Shown here: positions 12,680 through 24,489 of the stretch, piece by piece
Layout of the letters: every line of letters begins with the position of its first letter
Position numbering within the stretch: position 1 is the first letter of the stretch
Notes under the pieces: generated by a model
The model's input: the letters and a program-made list of their open reading frames with translations, nothing else
Told to the model about the DNA's origin: nothing
Database searches by the model: none
Source of the DNA: Schmidtea nova
Taxonomy: Eukaryota
NCBI GenBank assembly: GCA_044892505.1
Contig: CM097882.1
Location: 432,636,001-432,700,000 of the forward strand
Direction: 5' to 3'
Length of the DNA: 64,000 nucleotides
Position numbers and translations under genes: made by a program

Positions 12680-13886
12680 GGTAAGGGTAAAAATTTTGGG
12701 ACTATTATTAAATTCTCATTCGGTACAAAAAAGAACCATAAATATTTTTAAGTAATCAAAAACAGATCAAAGAACAATTTTATATCAAAAATGCAAAAAC
12801 AATAAATAATAATTAGTAAAAAAATTAAAAAAAATTAATTATAATTTAATTAAATCCAAAACAGAATTAAACATTTTAAAATTTGTCATTTTTAATTTTT
12901 TTCCTCCATAAAAACTCATTAATATAAGACTGGATTTTTTCGCGATTAGTGTAATTTCTTCTTCTTAAAAATCTCTTCAAATGTGAATAAACATTCTCAA
13001 TATTATTGGTATGAGATCCATTTTCTGGATTCACGAAATTTACAGAATGATTTACGGTTAAATGTTTGATATTTCGGCCTTCAAATATATTAAAATAACC
13101 CCTCCATAAATCAGTTGTCACAACCGAATTATCCAATATTGAATCACATATTACACTTCTCAATGTATTACGTGTTCTATCATTGACATGTTTTATAATA
13201 ACATTCCCCGTTATTACGTCAATTGCCACAGCGACCCACTTTTCTGGTATCAAACAGCCTCGTTCATATTTTCTTCTGTTGACAAATGTCTCGTCAATTT
13301 GAACGTGATTACCACCAACCCCATATATTTTCAATATTCATTTCGAAATATTTCCCACAAAGCAAACGCAATTTACCATAAATTTTAATAATAGTTGGTT
13401 TTGAAATATTTAATGCGTTTTTAACATCATTGTGGAATCTTCATTAATCCAATGACTAATAACTTTAAATATTACGTCAAATGGCAATTTGACATCACAA
13501 AAAAACTACCGTGTCTGCAATTTAGTTTTGATTGACAATGCGGACATCTGTAAACATAACCATTCATACGATCTTTCGATTTGGTTAAGCTATAGAATTT
13601 GTCAAAACAATGTATTTTAGTATGCCATTTTTCAAGAATTTCCATGGATTGGAGCTTTTTGATTGTGAAATATTCATTCTTTGTAAAAAAAACATTAATA
13701 TCCATGGGGTTTCAAAATAATTTTTAATAAAATTGTAAAATTGAAATTTCAAATTTTAATTTTAATTGATTAATTAGTTCATTTTCATTTTCATTTTCAA
13801 ATTCAATTTTTTTTTAATAAATAGAAATTTTATTGAATTTAAATTGCAAAATTTTTTTTAATAGTCCTTAAATTTTTACCCTTACC
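12680..13886 (-). mobile_element. Merlin (IS1016/ISXO2-like) DNA transposon, complete ends
   Basis: 28-bp TIRs GGTAAGGGTAAAAATTT(TG/AA)GGACTATTA; 8-bp TSD TAAAACAC at 12672-79 and 13887-94. Confidence 0.93.
12876..13705 (-). pseudogene. Merlin transposase, split between zinc-ribbon and DDE parts
   Basis: YRCPHCQ zinc ribbon (13472-13705); VQIDETF, VVTTDLWRGY, HTNNIEN DDE motifs (12876-13334). Confidence 0.85.
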
Positions 13887-14704
13887 TAAAACACATAACT
13901 AACATACCTTTTATTTCGCTGGTAACAGTTCACAAGATACAGAACTGTTCACTACAAGAGACACTTGGTGGAAAAGGTATATAGGTGTTGAGGTTCCAAT
14001 TATTTGTATTTGAAATCCTAACTGCGGGTGGTGTTTCTATATAAATAAAACAGTAAAGCTTTTAAAAGGTTTATTAAATAACAATATATTTACCGATAAA
14101 ATTATATAACAAAGAAAAATTCTTTATTTGGTACAACTGCTTATACGCTTCTAAATATTGTTACAGCTTCAAAAGTAAAAAGATTACAAGTTATTCGATC
14201 AACTGATTTGTTTAGAGACTCTTCAGGATTTGTACTTGAGAGAGCCAATTACGCTAAGTTTAAAAGAAAATTTTATGGCGCTTAGACTGATTTAGCGCTC
14301 TGCTTATATACTAATTTTGATCCGTTAAAATTAATTTATTTCAAATTCTTTATAAACCATTTGTCTAAATTGCATATCAAATTCACTTGTCTGACTACAT
14401 AATCAAATATCAATCACATAAATGTTTATCGATTACTTCTAATAAATTAAATTCAATAAATAAAGTACTTTCAAGTTAATAAAAATTAAAAAAAATAAAA
14501 ATACAAATAAATTAAACATAATTGCTTGTTTATACAAATCACAAAAAATAGTTTGAGATGTTCATAAAAGACAATCAATGAAATGTTTAGAGGAATAATG
14601 GAGAATTTGCATTGCTGAAATGTTTATGAGATAATGAAAGATTTGAATATATGAATTGGAGGATTTGATTTGAACTGATAGATTGCGGACCGACATAAGA
14701 GAGC

Positions 14705-15181
14705 TTAATTGCTTCTTTCTAGGTGTATATTTACTCGATATTTATTATCGCCCGTTCGATAATATTTTTTGACCGTAAATATCTCAATGGGTTTACCCTC
14801 GTCATTCAACATTCCTCCCAAGGCCGTCAAGGTAATGTCCTCATTACCTTTATCACATATGACGAGTTCAATTAATTTTTCTTTTATTTGAATTATGGCC
14901 CTTTTTACTCCTTCTCTAAATGCCAAATTTAGGATGATCTTTTCCCCAATTTGTTTTCCAAAGCAGGTACAGAAATCCTTTTCTGTGATTAGTGCCTTTT
15001 CTTTGGTTATTATGTAGTTAGGCTCCTCTGGCATTATTTCTACATCTGGTTCTGGACCAATGTCTTCCTCCGTCATATTGCCTCCTTGATTACTTGTACT
15101 TGGTATCATACTAGGGTCCATTTCAACTTCCTCTTCAAATGAAAAATATTCTTCCTCGGAATCTAGATCACATCCTTCCAT
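14705..15181 (-). CDS. Acidic plus possible RRM-like ORF, probably the C-terminal part of the DEDDh gene upstream
   Basis: Acidic stretch then an alpha/beta-like segment ending LNDEGKPIEIFTVKKYYRTGDNKYRVNI; a homologue lies at 44.4 kb. Confidence 0.5.
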   Translation of the reverse strand: MEGCDLDSEEEYFSFEEEVEMDPSMIPSTSNQGGNMTEEDIGPEPDVEIMPEEPNYIITKEKALITEKDFCTCFGKQIGEKIILNLAFREGVKRAIIQIKEKLIELVICDKGNEDITLTALGGMLNDEGKPIEIFTVKKYYRTGDNKYRVNIHLERSN

Positions 15182-15468
15182 TGGTTCAGAAAATTTGTTG
15201 TATATTTGGTTCTTTTTTCATTTCTATTACTCCCATACTTGGTGGCTTTGTTTTAATAATGAAGATAAGGTCGTCCTCACTGTCCATTAATTCTTCCATA
15301 AACGTTTTCCGTTTTGGTGATATTTCTTTTTCTTTTTCTTCTTCTGATTCGCTTTCTGCTCTGTCTTCTCTTGTCTCTGGCTATTATTTTTAGGACAGAT
15401 TTCCTCTTGGAAGTTTTTTAGGTTCCATTTGATGACCTCTTCCCGCTGGGTTTCCGTTATCATAAATA

Positions 15469-16441
15469 TTATTTTAATATTTTTGTTGTCTCTGATCCTG
15501 TAAACGGTTCTGGCCTCCTCAATATGTCGTTTATTTTCTTATCTTTAAACCACCGTTTGTGATAACTGATGACTTGGTATGCAATGTTTGATAATTTTAT
15601 TTTATGTGGCTCCACAATTTTTACGAATGTACACGTAAACTGGTCTTCTTCCATCTCTTGAATACCCATAGCATAGTTTATCTCTATTGCCAATGTTTTA
15701 AGCTTATCCATAATTCCTAATCCTACTATTATTTTCCCATATAGCAGACTCCTGACCTCATTTAGTGCCTTGTATTTGTCTTCATTCCCTACGATATTCT
15801 CTTTGGTAGCCTTGGTTTTTTTCGACTTTGAAATCTTTGATTCTTGACCTTGGGGTTACTTTTTTATCATATACTGTTGTTCCTTGTTCATCTCTTATGC
15901 TTATCTCAACTGGTCTTTGATTTCCGTTGATGTCCGTGATTAGTTTGACATCTAGAAACATTAGTTTATGTCTTTCTTCTATGGACAGATCCTGTTGTGT
16001 GAATGATATCCTCCGTCTGATCATGTCCTCAGTTGGTATAATTGTTGACGGGATACTCTCCAGTTGTCTGAATGGGTTTGACATTGTGGGTATATAGACA
16101 ACTTCGATTGCGATGACACAAGGTAAACTGTTCATTTGTACTAATAGTTCGTTGAATTCGTTGCTCATGCTTTGATCTTTTCTTATTAATTTGATGATAA
16201 AAGAGCAGTTGCTTGTTGTCAATAACGGGATTTTTTGCTGGCAGATTGAAACTTCTGTTTTTGTGACACGAAATGTTAATTGGTGGGGTACTTTTTTGCC
16301 TTCTGCTACCGCTTTATCTACGTTTTTATATTGGTCGAAACTTCCAATGAGTTCTTTGAGTTTAACTCTTCGGACATCATTGAATTTTATTATGCTCATC
16401 TCTCTTTCTTCAATGTCGGTCTTCATTTTATTTCGATACAC
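15469..16441 (-). pseudogene. REX4/ISG20-like DEDDh 3'-5' exonuclease gene, copy 1 (frameshifted)
   Basis: LMFLDVK...PVEISIRDEQGTTVYDKKVTPRSRIKDF, then after a frameshift LLYGKIIVGLGIMDKLKTL and KIKLSNIAYQV; N-terminal extension homologous to the copy at 50 kb. Confidence 0.72.
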
Positions 16442-16758
16442 ACTTGATTAGGAGAGTTTCGTATTGTGATGGGTTGTCCTTCTGTGCTGATTTTATTCTG
16501 GATGTTTTTATAGAAACTATTTCCCAATTTATTTATGAAGCAGGTATATTTCTGATACGATGAAGGTTGTTCGTGTTGTTTGATAATTTGATCATATTTT
16601 TCGAAAGATTGGTTGTGTGATTGAGTTTGTTTATATGGGTGTTGACGATTAGGTTGGTTATACTGATTGAATTGTCTGTTTGATTGTTTGTATTGGTTTG
16701 ACTGTCTATTGGATTGATTGTGTTGGTACATTTTCTGTCTACAATTTAAATATATCAT
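16423..16758 (-). CDS. Gln/Asn-rich low-complexity ORF fragment
   Basis: Repeats of QSNRQxNQY; its 5' end runs into the N-gap. Confidence 0.35.
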   Translation of the reverse strand: MIYLNCRQKMYQHNQSNRQSNQYKQSNRQFNQYNQPNRQHPYKQTQSHNQSFEKYDQIIKQHEQPSSYQKYTCFINKLGNSFYKNIQNKISTEGQPITIRNSPNQVCIEIK

Positions 16759-16781
16759 TTTAAGTTTGAAGTGTATTATTG

Positions 16782-16960
16782 NNNNNNNNNNNNNNNNNNN
16801 NNNNNNNNNNNNNNNNNNNNNNNNNNNNNNNNNNNNNNNNNNNNNNNNNNNNNNNNNNNNNNNNNNNNNNNNNNNNNNNNNNNNNNNNNNNNNNNNNNNN
16901 NNNNNNNNNNNNNNNNNNNNNNNNNNNNNNNNNNNNNNNNNNNNNNNNNNNNNNNNNNNT
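16782..16960. other. Assembly gap (N run)
   Basis: Run of N. Confidence 1.
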
Positions 16961-16978
16961 ATTATTGACCAATTCTTT

Positions 16979-17842
16979 TTATACTTGTGATGACATTTTA
17001 TATATACCAGGTATGTATCTGTTCAAATGGTAATGCCCTGGTACATTTCTGACCAGTCGGCTCCGATACTGCTGCTTTTTCCATTTGTACTTTTTGTATA
17101 TTTGTACGCTAGTTACTATAGCTAAAATTGCTAATGTTATTATTGATGCTGTGATGACATAAAAAGGCCAACGTGGCTTTCTATCTTTTTTTCTGAAAGG
17201 CTTGTAATTCTTTTAAGTTATTTATAACTATTGGTTTTCCTTGTGCTATTTTGATAGGTTCTTGTTTTTGTTGTTGATGTTCTTTGGCATTATATTGTTT
17301 TTGGAACTTTGTTGTTTTTGCGTTTGTTGTTATTTTATTGTTATATGATGTATTGTTTATGGTATTCAATATATTATTTGATGTCGTTGTTTCTATATTT
17401 AATTCTTTTATTATAGTACTTCCTATCCTATCTGGTGTTGTAGTTATTATTGTTGTAATTATGCTTGGGTTTTTATCTGTTCCTCTGGTAATTGTTCTGT
17501 TGTCATTCTCTTGCATCTCCATATTGTTGTAGCTTTGTCTGTGTTTCTCTGTATACAAATTCTATATACTGTGTTAGATGTTAGCTTTGTGAAGTTAACG
17601 TGGTTTCTTCTTTCGATTTCGTTAGTTGTCCTATCGTCTTTCCCTTTTATAATACTTGGATTTCCCTCATTGATTGTTTGCATGTATATGTTTACTATTG
17701 GTCCCTTATCTATGTTATATACTCTAACTTCATTTGTTGATATTTTTATTATTACTTTGTCGAATTCTATTATTTCAGTTGAACCGACGAATGCTATGAT
17801 TGTTAGAAAGATTGTCGACATTACTTCTGTTGGGCCTAACAT
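16979..17842 (-). pseudogene. Type I membrane protein: signal peptide, FN3-like domain, Thr-rich stalk, TM helix, basic tail (two single-base frameshifts in A-runs)
   Basis: MSTIFLTIIAFVGS signal; FTKLTSNTVYRICIQ FN3 signature; TTIITTT stalk; VITASIITLAILAIVTSVQIY TM followed by KKYKWKK. Confidence 0.65.
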
Positions 17843-18140
17843 TTAGGCAAATAAATGATATTAATAAACAAAATAAAAATAAATAAAATAAAATAATACT
17901 ATTGGAAGAATTTCAAATGCAATAAATTAGAATTAACCAGAACTAAACAAACAACAAAATATAAGTAATAAAATATAAATATTATATAACAAAAACGTGA
18001 TGAAATATAGAATTTAAAGGTAGGAATATAAAATATATTAACGAGAATAAATAAATAAACGAGAAAAATTAAATATTGAATTAATTACATTAAAACAAAA
18101 TTTAAATAATAGTTTAAAAATAGTTCAAATTAATGAGATC

Positions 18141-18196
18141 ATCAGCTCGATGCTGATTGGTTAGCACGATCGACGATTCAGTATATATACTGAATC
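18141..18196. promoter_or_regulatory. CCAAT-containing inverted repeat plus perfect 22-bp palindrome around TATATA
   Basis: ATCAGC-tcgat-GCTGAT overlapping ATTGG; GATTCAGTATATATACTGAATC at 18175-96. The same pair occurs inverted at 61229-61281. Confidence 0.55.
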
Positions 18197-18441
18197 AAAA
18201 TGAGCATTATCAGAATTTCTTGTATAAGCAAATTTTGTTTTTGCGAAATTTTGGTAGAATTTTTATTAGAAGAATTTTTGTTGGTTATATTCCGAATTAC
18301 TACTGAAGGTATGAATCTTTGTATTTTAATTTCATTATATAATTGATTTCATGATTTCTGTCCAGTATTTTATAACAAATAAATTTGAACAAATCTAATG
18401 CTTATATTTTGCTATAGACATTATTATTTTACTAGATATAA

Positions 18442-18607
18442 GCTCCTTTCACTGTGAAAGCGGTGGAGGAGCCTGCCTTCGTAGTTGTAGCTTAGATGCC
18501 ACGTGGAAGGTAAGAACTAGCCCTCTTCGTGGTGAATTAGGTGCCACGAAGACGGTAGATAAGTAATGCTAAATTGTTCACGATATTATTGTTGGCAAGT
18601 ATAGCCG
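18442..18607 (+). repeat. Structured motif B (four hairpins), copy 1
   Basis: Hairpins at 18442-72, 18475-511, 18524-52 and 18593-607; homologue inverted at 60836-60993 with stem-preserving changes. Confidence 0.65.
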
Positions 18608-20145
18608 AATTCTTTAATCTTTACATTTATTTTCATTTATTTTACACATGAATCAATTTTAACATAAAAGATCTATTCCGAACGGCACATCTTCCGACTT
18701 TGTACAGCAGGGGATTTGGTGCACGAGGGTGCTGATATTTTTCTTTGTAATGAAGGGTTAAAATCCGTCGGATATTTCAAAAGTCGGTATCTTTTGAGAT
18801 TTTGAGCTGCTACCGGATAGAGAGCAAACCGCCGATCATAATTGAATTAATTCGTTTGAAGTCATCCGGAAGCCGTAATTACGATGATCATTCCAATCAG
18901 TAAGATCCTGATAAGTAGATCCATTTTCAACTGATTCTTTTTTTGGGATTGTAAAACACAAGTTTTGAGGTCCTCGGCATTAAGAATAGCGCCAACAAAT
19001 GTGGTTACTGAGAAAGGCGACATTGCCATGATTGAGGGAAATCGATTGGCCCTCTGAGATTCGTTCTAACCAATAGTTCCAACACCGTTTAGTTAAATAT
19101 AAACTATTGTACATCAAGTTTCTAAAAATGTATAATCGATAAAAAGGTAGTAGTGAACCACACAAAAATGTAGTAGCATCTGGTTCGTGAACGCATGAGT
19201 AGATACCACATCAAACAAAATCAATGAACAGATACTAATTTTCATTATTCCAAACAATTTTATTATTTATTTAAACTGTTCGTTTTGAAAATTTGTTCCT
19301 TGGTCAGTAAGTAATTTCTTTGGTGCTCCATATCGGAATATTATGCTTTCCACAAATACCTTTGCAACTGTCTCTGCTTTCTGATTTTGCATGGGATAGG
19401 CTTCTGGCCATTTGGTCAGATAATCACAGAAAACAATGATGTATTTATTGCCGTTTGTCGTTTCTGGTAATGGACCGACAATTTCCATTGCCGTCATTTC
19501 CATTGTTGCCTCTGGTACAGACATTGGTTTTAAAGGAACTCGAAATTTTCGTCCTGTGTTCCGTTTAGTTAAGCATATTCCACAAGTATGACACCATTGT
19601 CTAACATCTTGTTCTATAGTGTCCCAATAATATTTTTGCTTTAATCTTGACAGCGTTTTTCGAGCTGAAATGTCCTCCTAATGCTCCGTCATGATACAAC
19701 AACAATAATGATTTTCAATGTTTTGTTGGAACGATAATTAATAAACTTACGTTTTTTACACATTTTAGCAAACCATCATGTATGAATCATCCTTTTATGT
19801 ATAACTCATGTATAACTCATGTATTATAATCATGTATAACTCATCATCCTTTTCCTGATCACCTTGTAACTCTTTCATATTGTTTGTAGTTTTAATTGCC
19901 ATAAATATGGTATTTTCATATTTTGTTTCATATTGTACGACGCCTTTCTTCTCTGAAATTCTTGATATTTTGACTTTCCTGTACGGTACTTAATTTCAAA
20001 ATCGTATTCCTGCAACGCAATTGACCATCTTATCAGCTTACTGGTTGAGTCTATGCTTCATTAGCCATTGTAATGGGTTATTATCGGTGAAAACGATAAA
20101 TTTCTTACCGATTAAGTATTGCCTGAACGTAGTTATTCCATATAC

Positions 20146-22747
20146 CAACGGTGGGCAAATGCGGCTCTTGGAGCCGCATGCGGCTCTTCGTTGAGTAAAC
20201 TGCGGCTCATTGATAATTGAATTTGAAAATTGAATTCGATTTTTTTTTCCACTGATTTTTTTGGTTTGGAATTTTTCACTGAATTTTTAAAAAAAATTTT
20301 TTTGTTGCAATTGTAATTTCATAAATATCAAAAATTAACGAAACATTGTTTTTCACATTTTACTGCTTTTTAAAATTATTTTGTAGTAGGCGGCGCTTTG
20401 TTATAACAACGAGAGAGAAACAAGCAAAATAAATTTAGTGAATTTTAGTGAATTTTGATTAGTTAGTATTTTTGTGTAAGATTGTGGTCGTTTGTATATT
20501 TTGGTATAGTTTTCTATTCGTGTTTTTTGAAAAATTTGGTAAGAAGATTTTTTTATGAAGCATTTTAGAATTTTAAATTAATTAAAATTAAATTAATTTA
20601 TTTTTATTATTTAGTTTAAATTTCAGTAAAATATTTATTTAAATTTATAATTATAATGACATCAGAAAATATCAGAAAACGAAAATACAAACAAGAAAAT
20701 AGAACTTTTCAAGAAGAATGGACAGAAAAGTTTTTTTTTATTGGCAATAATGGTAAATCGTTGTGTCTTATTTGTAAAGGTACAATTTCCAACTACAAAG
20801 TAACCAATTTACGTCGACACTACGAAGTAAGTCATCCACACTTTTCAATTCAATATCCACTTAATTCAAAATTGCGAACAGAGAAACTTAAGTCATTGCA
20901 ATCAGGGCTTCAAAACAAACAAGGACTATTGTCTGCTTTTAGTCGAGAAGATGACAGTGCCAACGAAGCTAGTTTTTTGATAGCTTGGAATATTGCTCGT
21001 GCTAAACGTCCATATGGAGAAGGTGAATTTATTAAGAGAAACTTGGAAGAAGTGATAAAAGTTTTGGATCCGGATAATACAAAACTACATCAATTACTCT
21101 CACGGATTCCTATGTCACGTCGCACAACTGAGCGTCGAATTGGCCAAATTAGCGAAAATGTTGAAAATAATTTGATGTGTGATTTAAAAAATTGTACAGC
21201 ATTCAGTTTAGCTCTCGACGAGTCTACTGACATTCAGGATGTTCCACAATTAGCCGTTTTTGTCCGCTTTGTATCTTTAGTCGTAGAAGTGAAGGAAGAA
21301 ATGTTAGACCTAGTAGCTCTTATCGAAACAACTCGCGGTGTCGATGTCAAAACTGCGCTTGATGTAGTGATGGAAAGGTTTGAATTGGCTCATGATAAAC
21401 TTGTAAGTGTTGCGACAGACGGAGCGCCTGCAATGATGGGGAAAATCAAGGTCTCATTGGTCTTTTAAACAGAGATCCTTATATTCCACATTTCTTATCT
21501 CTTCACTGCATAATTCATCGCGAGCATCTCATAGCGAAATACTTTAAATACGAAAATGTGTGGAAGATTGTTTTGAAGATTGTGAACTTAATTAGAACAA
21601 ATGCAAAAACACATCGTCAATTTAACAACTTTTTAGAAGAATTAAGATTAAATGACGAAACAGATAAATTGCCCAATGATGTCTCTTTATGGTGTATTGT
21701 TAGACGGCTGTCAACTTACAATGTTTTAAACCGTTTTGTAGAACTCCTAAATTCTATCATAATATTTACCAAAGAAAAAGGAATAGCATACCCAGAATTA
21801 GAAAATGAAACTTGGCTTTCTGACTTAATGTTCCTTACAGACATTATGGAACATTTGCAAACACTAAATTTGGCTTTACAAGGAAAAGAAAAGATAATTA
21901 TTGATTTATCACAAACGTTATTTAGTTTTGAAGCTAAACTTCAGCTTTTTGTGAACGATCTTAGGTCGAAAATATTTAATCATTTTCCACAAGTAAAAGC
22001 AAATATAATTGATATCACAAAAGAAAAAATTAACGAATACAATGAAAAATTGGAAGAATTGCAAGCGGATTTCAAATGTAGGTTTGAAGATTTGAAAAGT
22101 TTTAAATCTACATTTGCATTTTTTGTGAACCCATTTATTTGTGATATTATTGAAGATGGATTTCCAATTTCTGAAGTAATACTTGTTGAAAAAGCGGCTG
22201 GGGAATTGGAGTTATTAGAGATGAAAGAGGATCAGGCTTTGCAAATGCAGCATAAATCTACGTCTATAATTGAATTTTGGAAACTCGTACCAGAGTCAAA
22301 ATATCCACACTTAAAACAAGCTGCTTGCCGTCTAATTTCAAAATTTGGTACAACATATTGTTGTGAATCTTTGTACTCCACAATGAAGTTGGTGAAGTCG
22401 AAATATCGTTCACAGTTGACCAATCAGCATCTTACAGAATTGCTGCGAACAGCTTTAACAAAGTATACACCAAATTTCAAAGATTTGACCAAGAGTCTTT
22501 CTTTAATTCAAGGATTTTTATTACTTTTTATTAATGGATTTTCATTACTTTTTATTAATGGATTTTTATTATATTATATTTTTATTACTTAAATTTTGAA
22601 ATAATTATTTTCTTTTTGTTTTAATAGCGTTTAAGTCTTTTTTAATCAAATTAATGAAATAAAAAAATGTGTACTTTACTATGGTGGCTCTTTAAAAATA
22701 AATTATCGAAAATTGTCTCTCATTGAACTCATGCGTGCCCACCCTTG
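20146..22747 (+). mobile_element. hAT (Buster/SPIN, GTF2IRD2-like) transposon, complete ends
   Basis: TIR CAA(C/G)GGTGGGCA; 8-bp TSD CCATATAC at 20138-45 and 22748-55. Confidence 0.95.
20656..22592 (+). pseudogene. hAT transposase with one frameshift near 21445
   Basis: CLIC/RRHY zinc finger, LALDESTD, ATDGAPAM, LHCIIHRE, FGTTYCCESLYS. Confidence 0.9.
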
Positions 22748-23529
22748 CCATATACTAATGCTAACGTTTCTTTTTCAATCTAGGAATAATTATTTTCATG
22801 CGGTCTTAACGTTCGACTGGCATAAGCGATTACATGATCTTTCTCACCTTCTATTTGTTGACCCAGTATCGCACCTAACGCGAAATTACTAGCGTCCGTG
22901 ATTAATATGAATGGCCTTTTAAAATCTGGGCATCTTAATATAGGTTGTTTCATTAGGCTTTCTTTGAGTGTGTCGAATGCTTCTTGTTGAGCCGTTATTC
23001 ATTTAAATTTTGTTTGCTTTTTCAATAGCATATTTAAAAGTTGTGCGACATGTGAAAAGTTTCTTATAAATTTTCTGTAATAACTTGCTAATCCTAGAAA
23101 TTGTCGGGCTTGATCTACATCTTTTGGAACTGGATATTTCTTGATCTTTTCTGTTGGCATTTATACTAATTTATATAAACACACTCATACAAACAATCAA
23201 CCAGTCGTAATTGTGCATTTGTATTGTATATATTATGCATTCATGGATAATAAAAAATCCAAAAAGTTCTTTATCTTCAATTATCGATTTTATTTCGCCA
23301 ATAATTTGATTGGCGGTATCTTGATAATCTATATTTTTTATCTCAAGTAATACAATTTTACATCACAAGTGCCATAAAATCAATTATAAATATATAAACC
23401 TAAAATAATTTTATCTAAAATGCAAAATCTTTTCAGAAAATCGAATCCAATTAAAGATTCATTTAAAATGAAACCAATTAAGAACGAAAACAAATCAATT
23501 CAAACCAAAAATGATTTTTGACCGGTTCA

Positions 23530-24180
23530 AATGTATCACGATTACCAAATGTTTTCTTGGTAAATGAAACCCCATTAAAGTGCTCTTATCCAGTAAAGCT
23601 ATCGACTTCGCAATATCCAAACCTAATCGATCAGCTTTTTTATATTAGTCAGTCCTTTTAGTCGGCAATGCTCAAGAACTCGGGTGCAGAGATGACGGTC
23701 AGTCTCTCCAATGTATGTGGCATTACACCCATTACATGAAAATTGATACACGAGCTCAGAACACAAACCAAATGGCGTTGGACATTTATTAGTGAACATA
23801 CTGATAACTTTTCAAGACGTCGACACAATCCTAAATTGATCCTTGTCTACATGTTTGAGAATCTTATGCTTAAATTCTCTGAAGCCCTCAGAATAAGGCA
23901 ATACCAACACATATTTCGGCTTAGTGTAATTAGATCGATTTTTGTCACTTTCCGAAATTAAAAAAGTACTTTTATCAGAATCAATAGGTACCTAAGATTC
24001 AGGCACACCCATACCAAAATTATTAGAATTCAACATTAACTTATACACGGTCACTTTTGTCATTTTCTCAAGAAAAGATTTAGAGTAACCATTTTTAAGT
24101 AACAACTCAACCAAGGCATCAATACTTTTTACTGAATTAACAAACGTAGAAGATTGTGACCAAGCACGAAACACTAATCA
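23530..24180 (-). mobile_element. Penelope-like element fragment (RT C-terminus plus GIY-YIG endonuclease), decayed
   Basis: FRAWSQSS...LLLKNGY, then LVYQFSCNGCNATYIGETDRHLCTRVLEH, with in-frame stops. Confidence 0.82.
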
Positions 24181-24489
24181 TCTTACCATATTCTTTTTAT
24201 ATTTAAATTCACAAAAACTCTCAGGCGTTGTACACTTGATTAAGGCTATGTCGAAATTTTGTGTACTTATTCAAAGAAATTTTGATCTATAGTCTTACCA
24301 TTATGGTAATTATTGATATTAATATTAAAATAGATCAAAGGTGAAACAAAAAGATAATTATGATTTTCTAATTAAATTCTTATTTTAATTTTGTCACATT
24401 TTCTCACAAACTAATTTTATCCTATTATTATTATTTATTTATATGTGTATCTATATTTTTTTATTAAAAACCACTTCCATGCATTCTGA

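Larger units (their letters stand above)
19262..23160 (-). mobile_element. Ty3/Gypsy pol fragment (RT thumb, RNase H, integrase core), interrupted by a hAT at 20146-22747
   Basis: RQFLGLASYYRKF, LITDASNFALGAIL, FTDNNPLQWL, IVFCDYLTKWPEAYP, LLTDQGTNF; the reading frame rejoins across the hAT TSD. Confidence 0.92.

Noticed and set aside
12620-13990. YCLNPHIFG across the Merlin empty site as a GPCR TM7 motif
   Set aside because: No supporting transmembrane helices; chance match.
18125-18150. CTGATGA...GAAC on the minus strand as a hammerhead core
   Set aside because: No stem II, no GAAA, and not conserved in the 61-kb homologue.
18593-18612. TGGCAAGTATAGCC as a primer-binding site
   Set aside because: Not complementary to a plausible tRNA 3' end; better explained as a hairpin.
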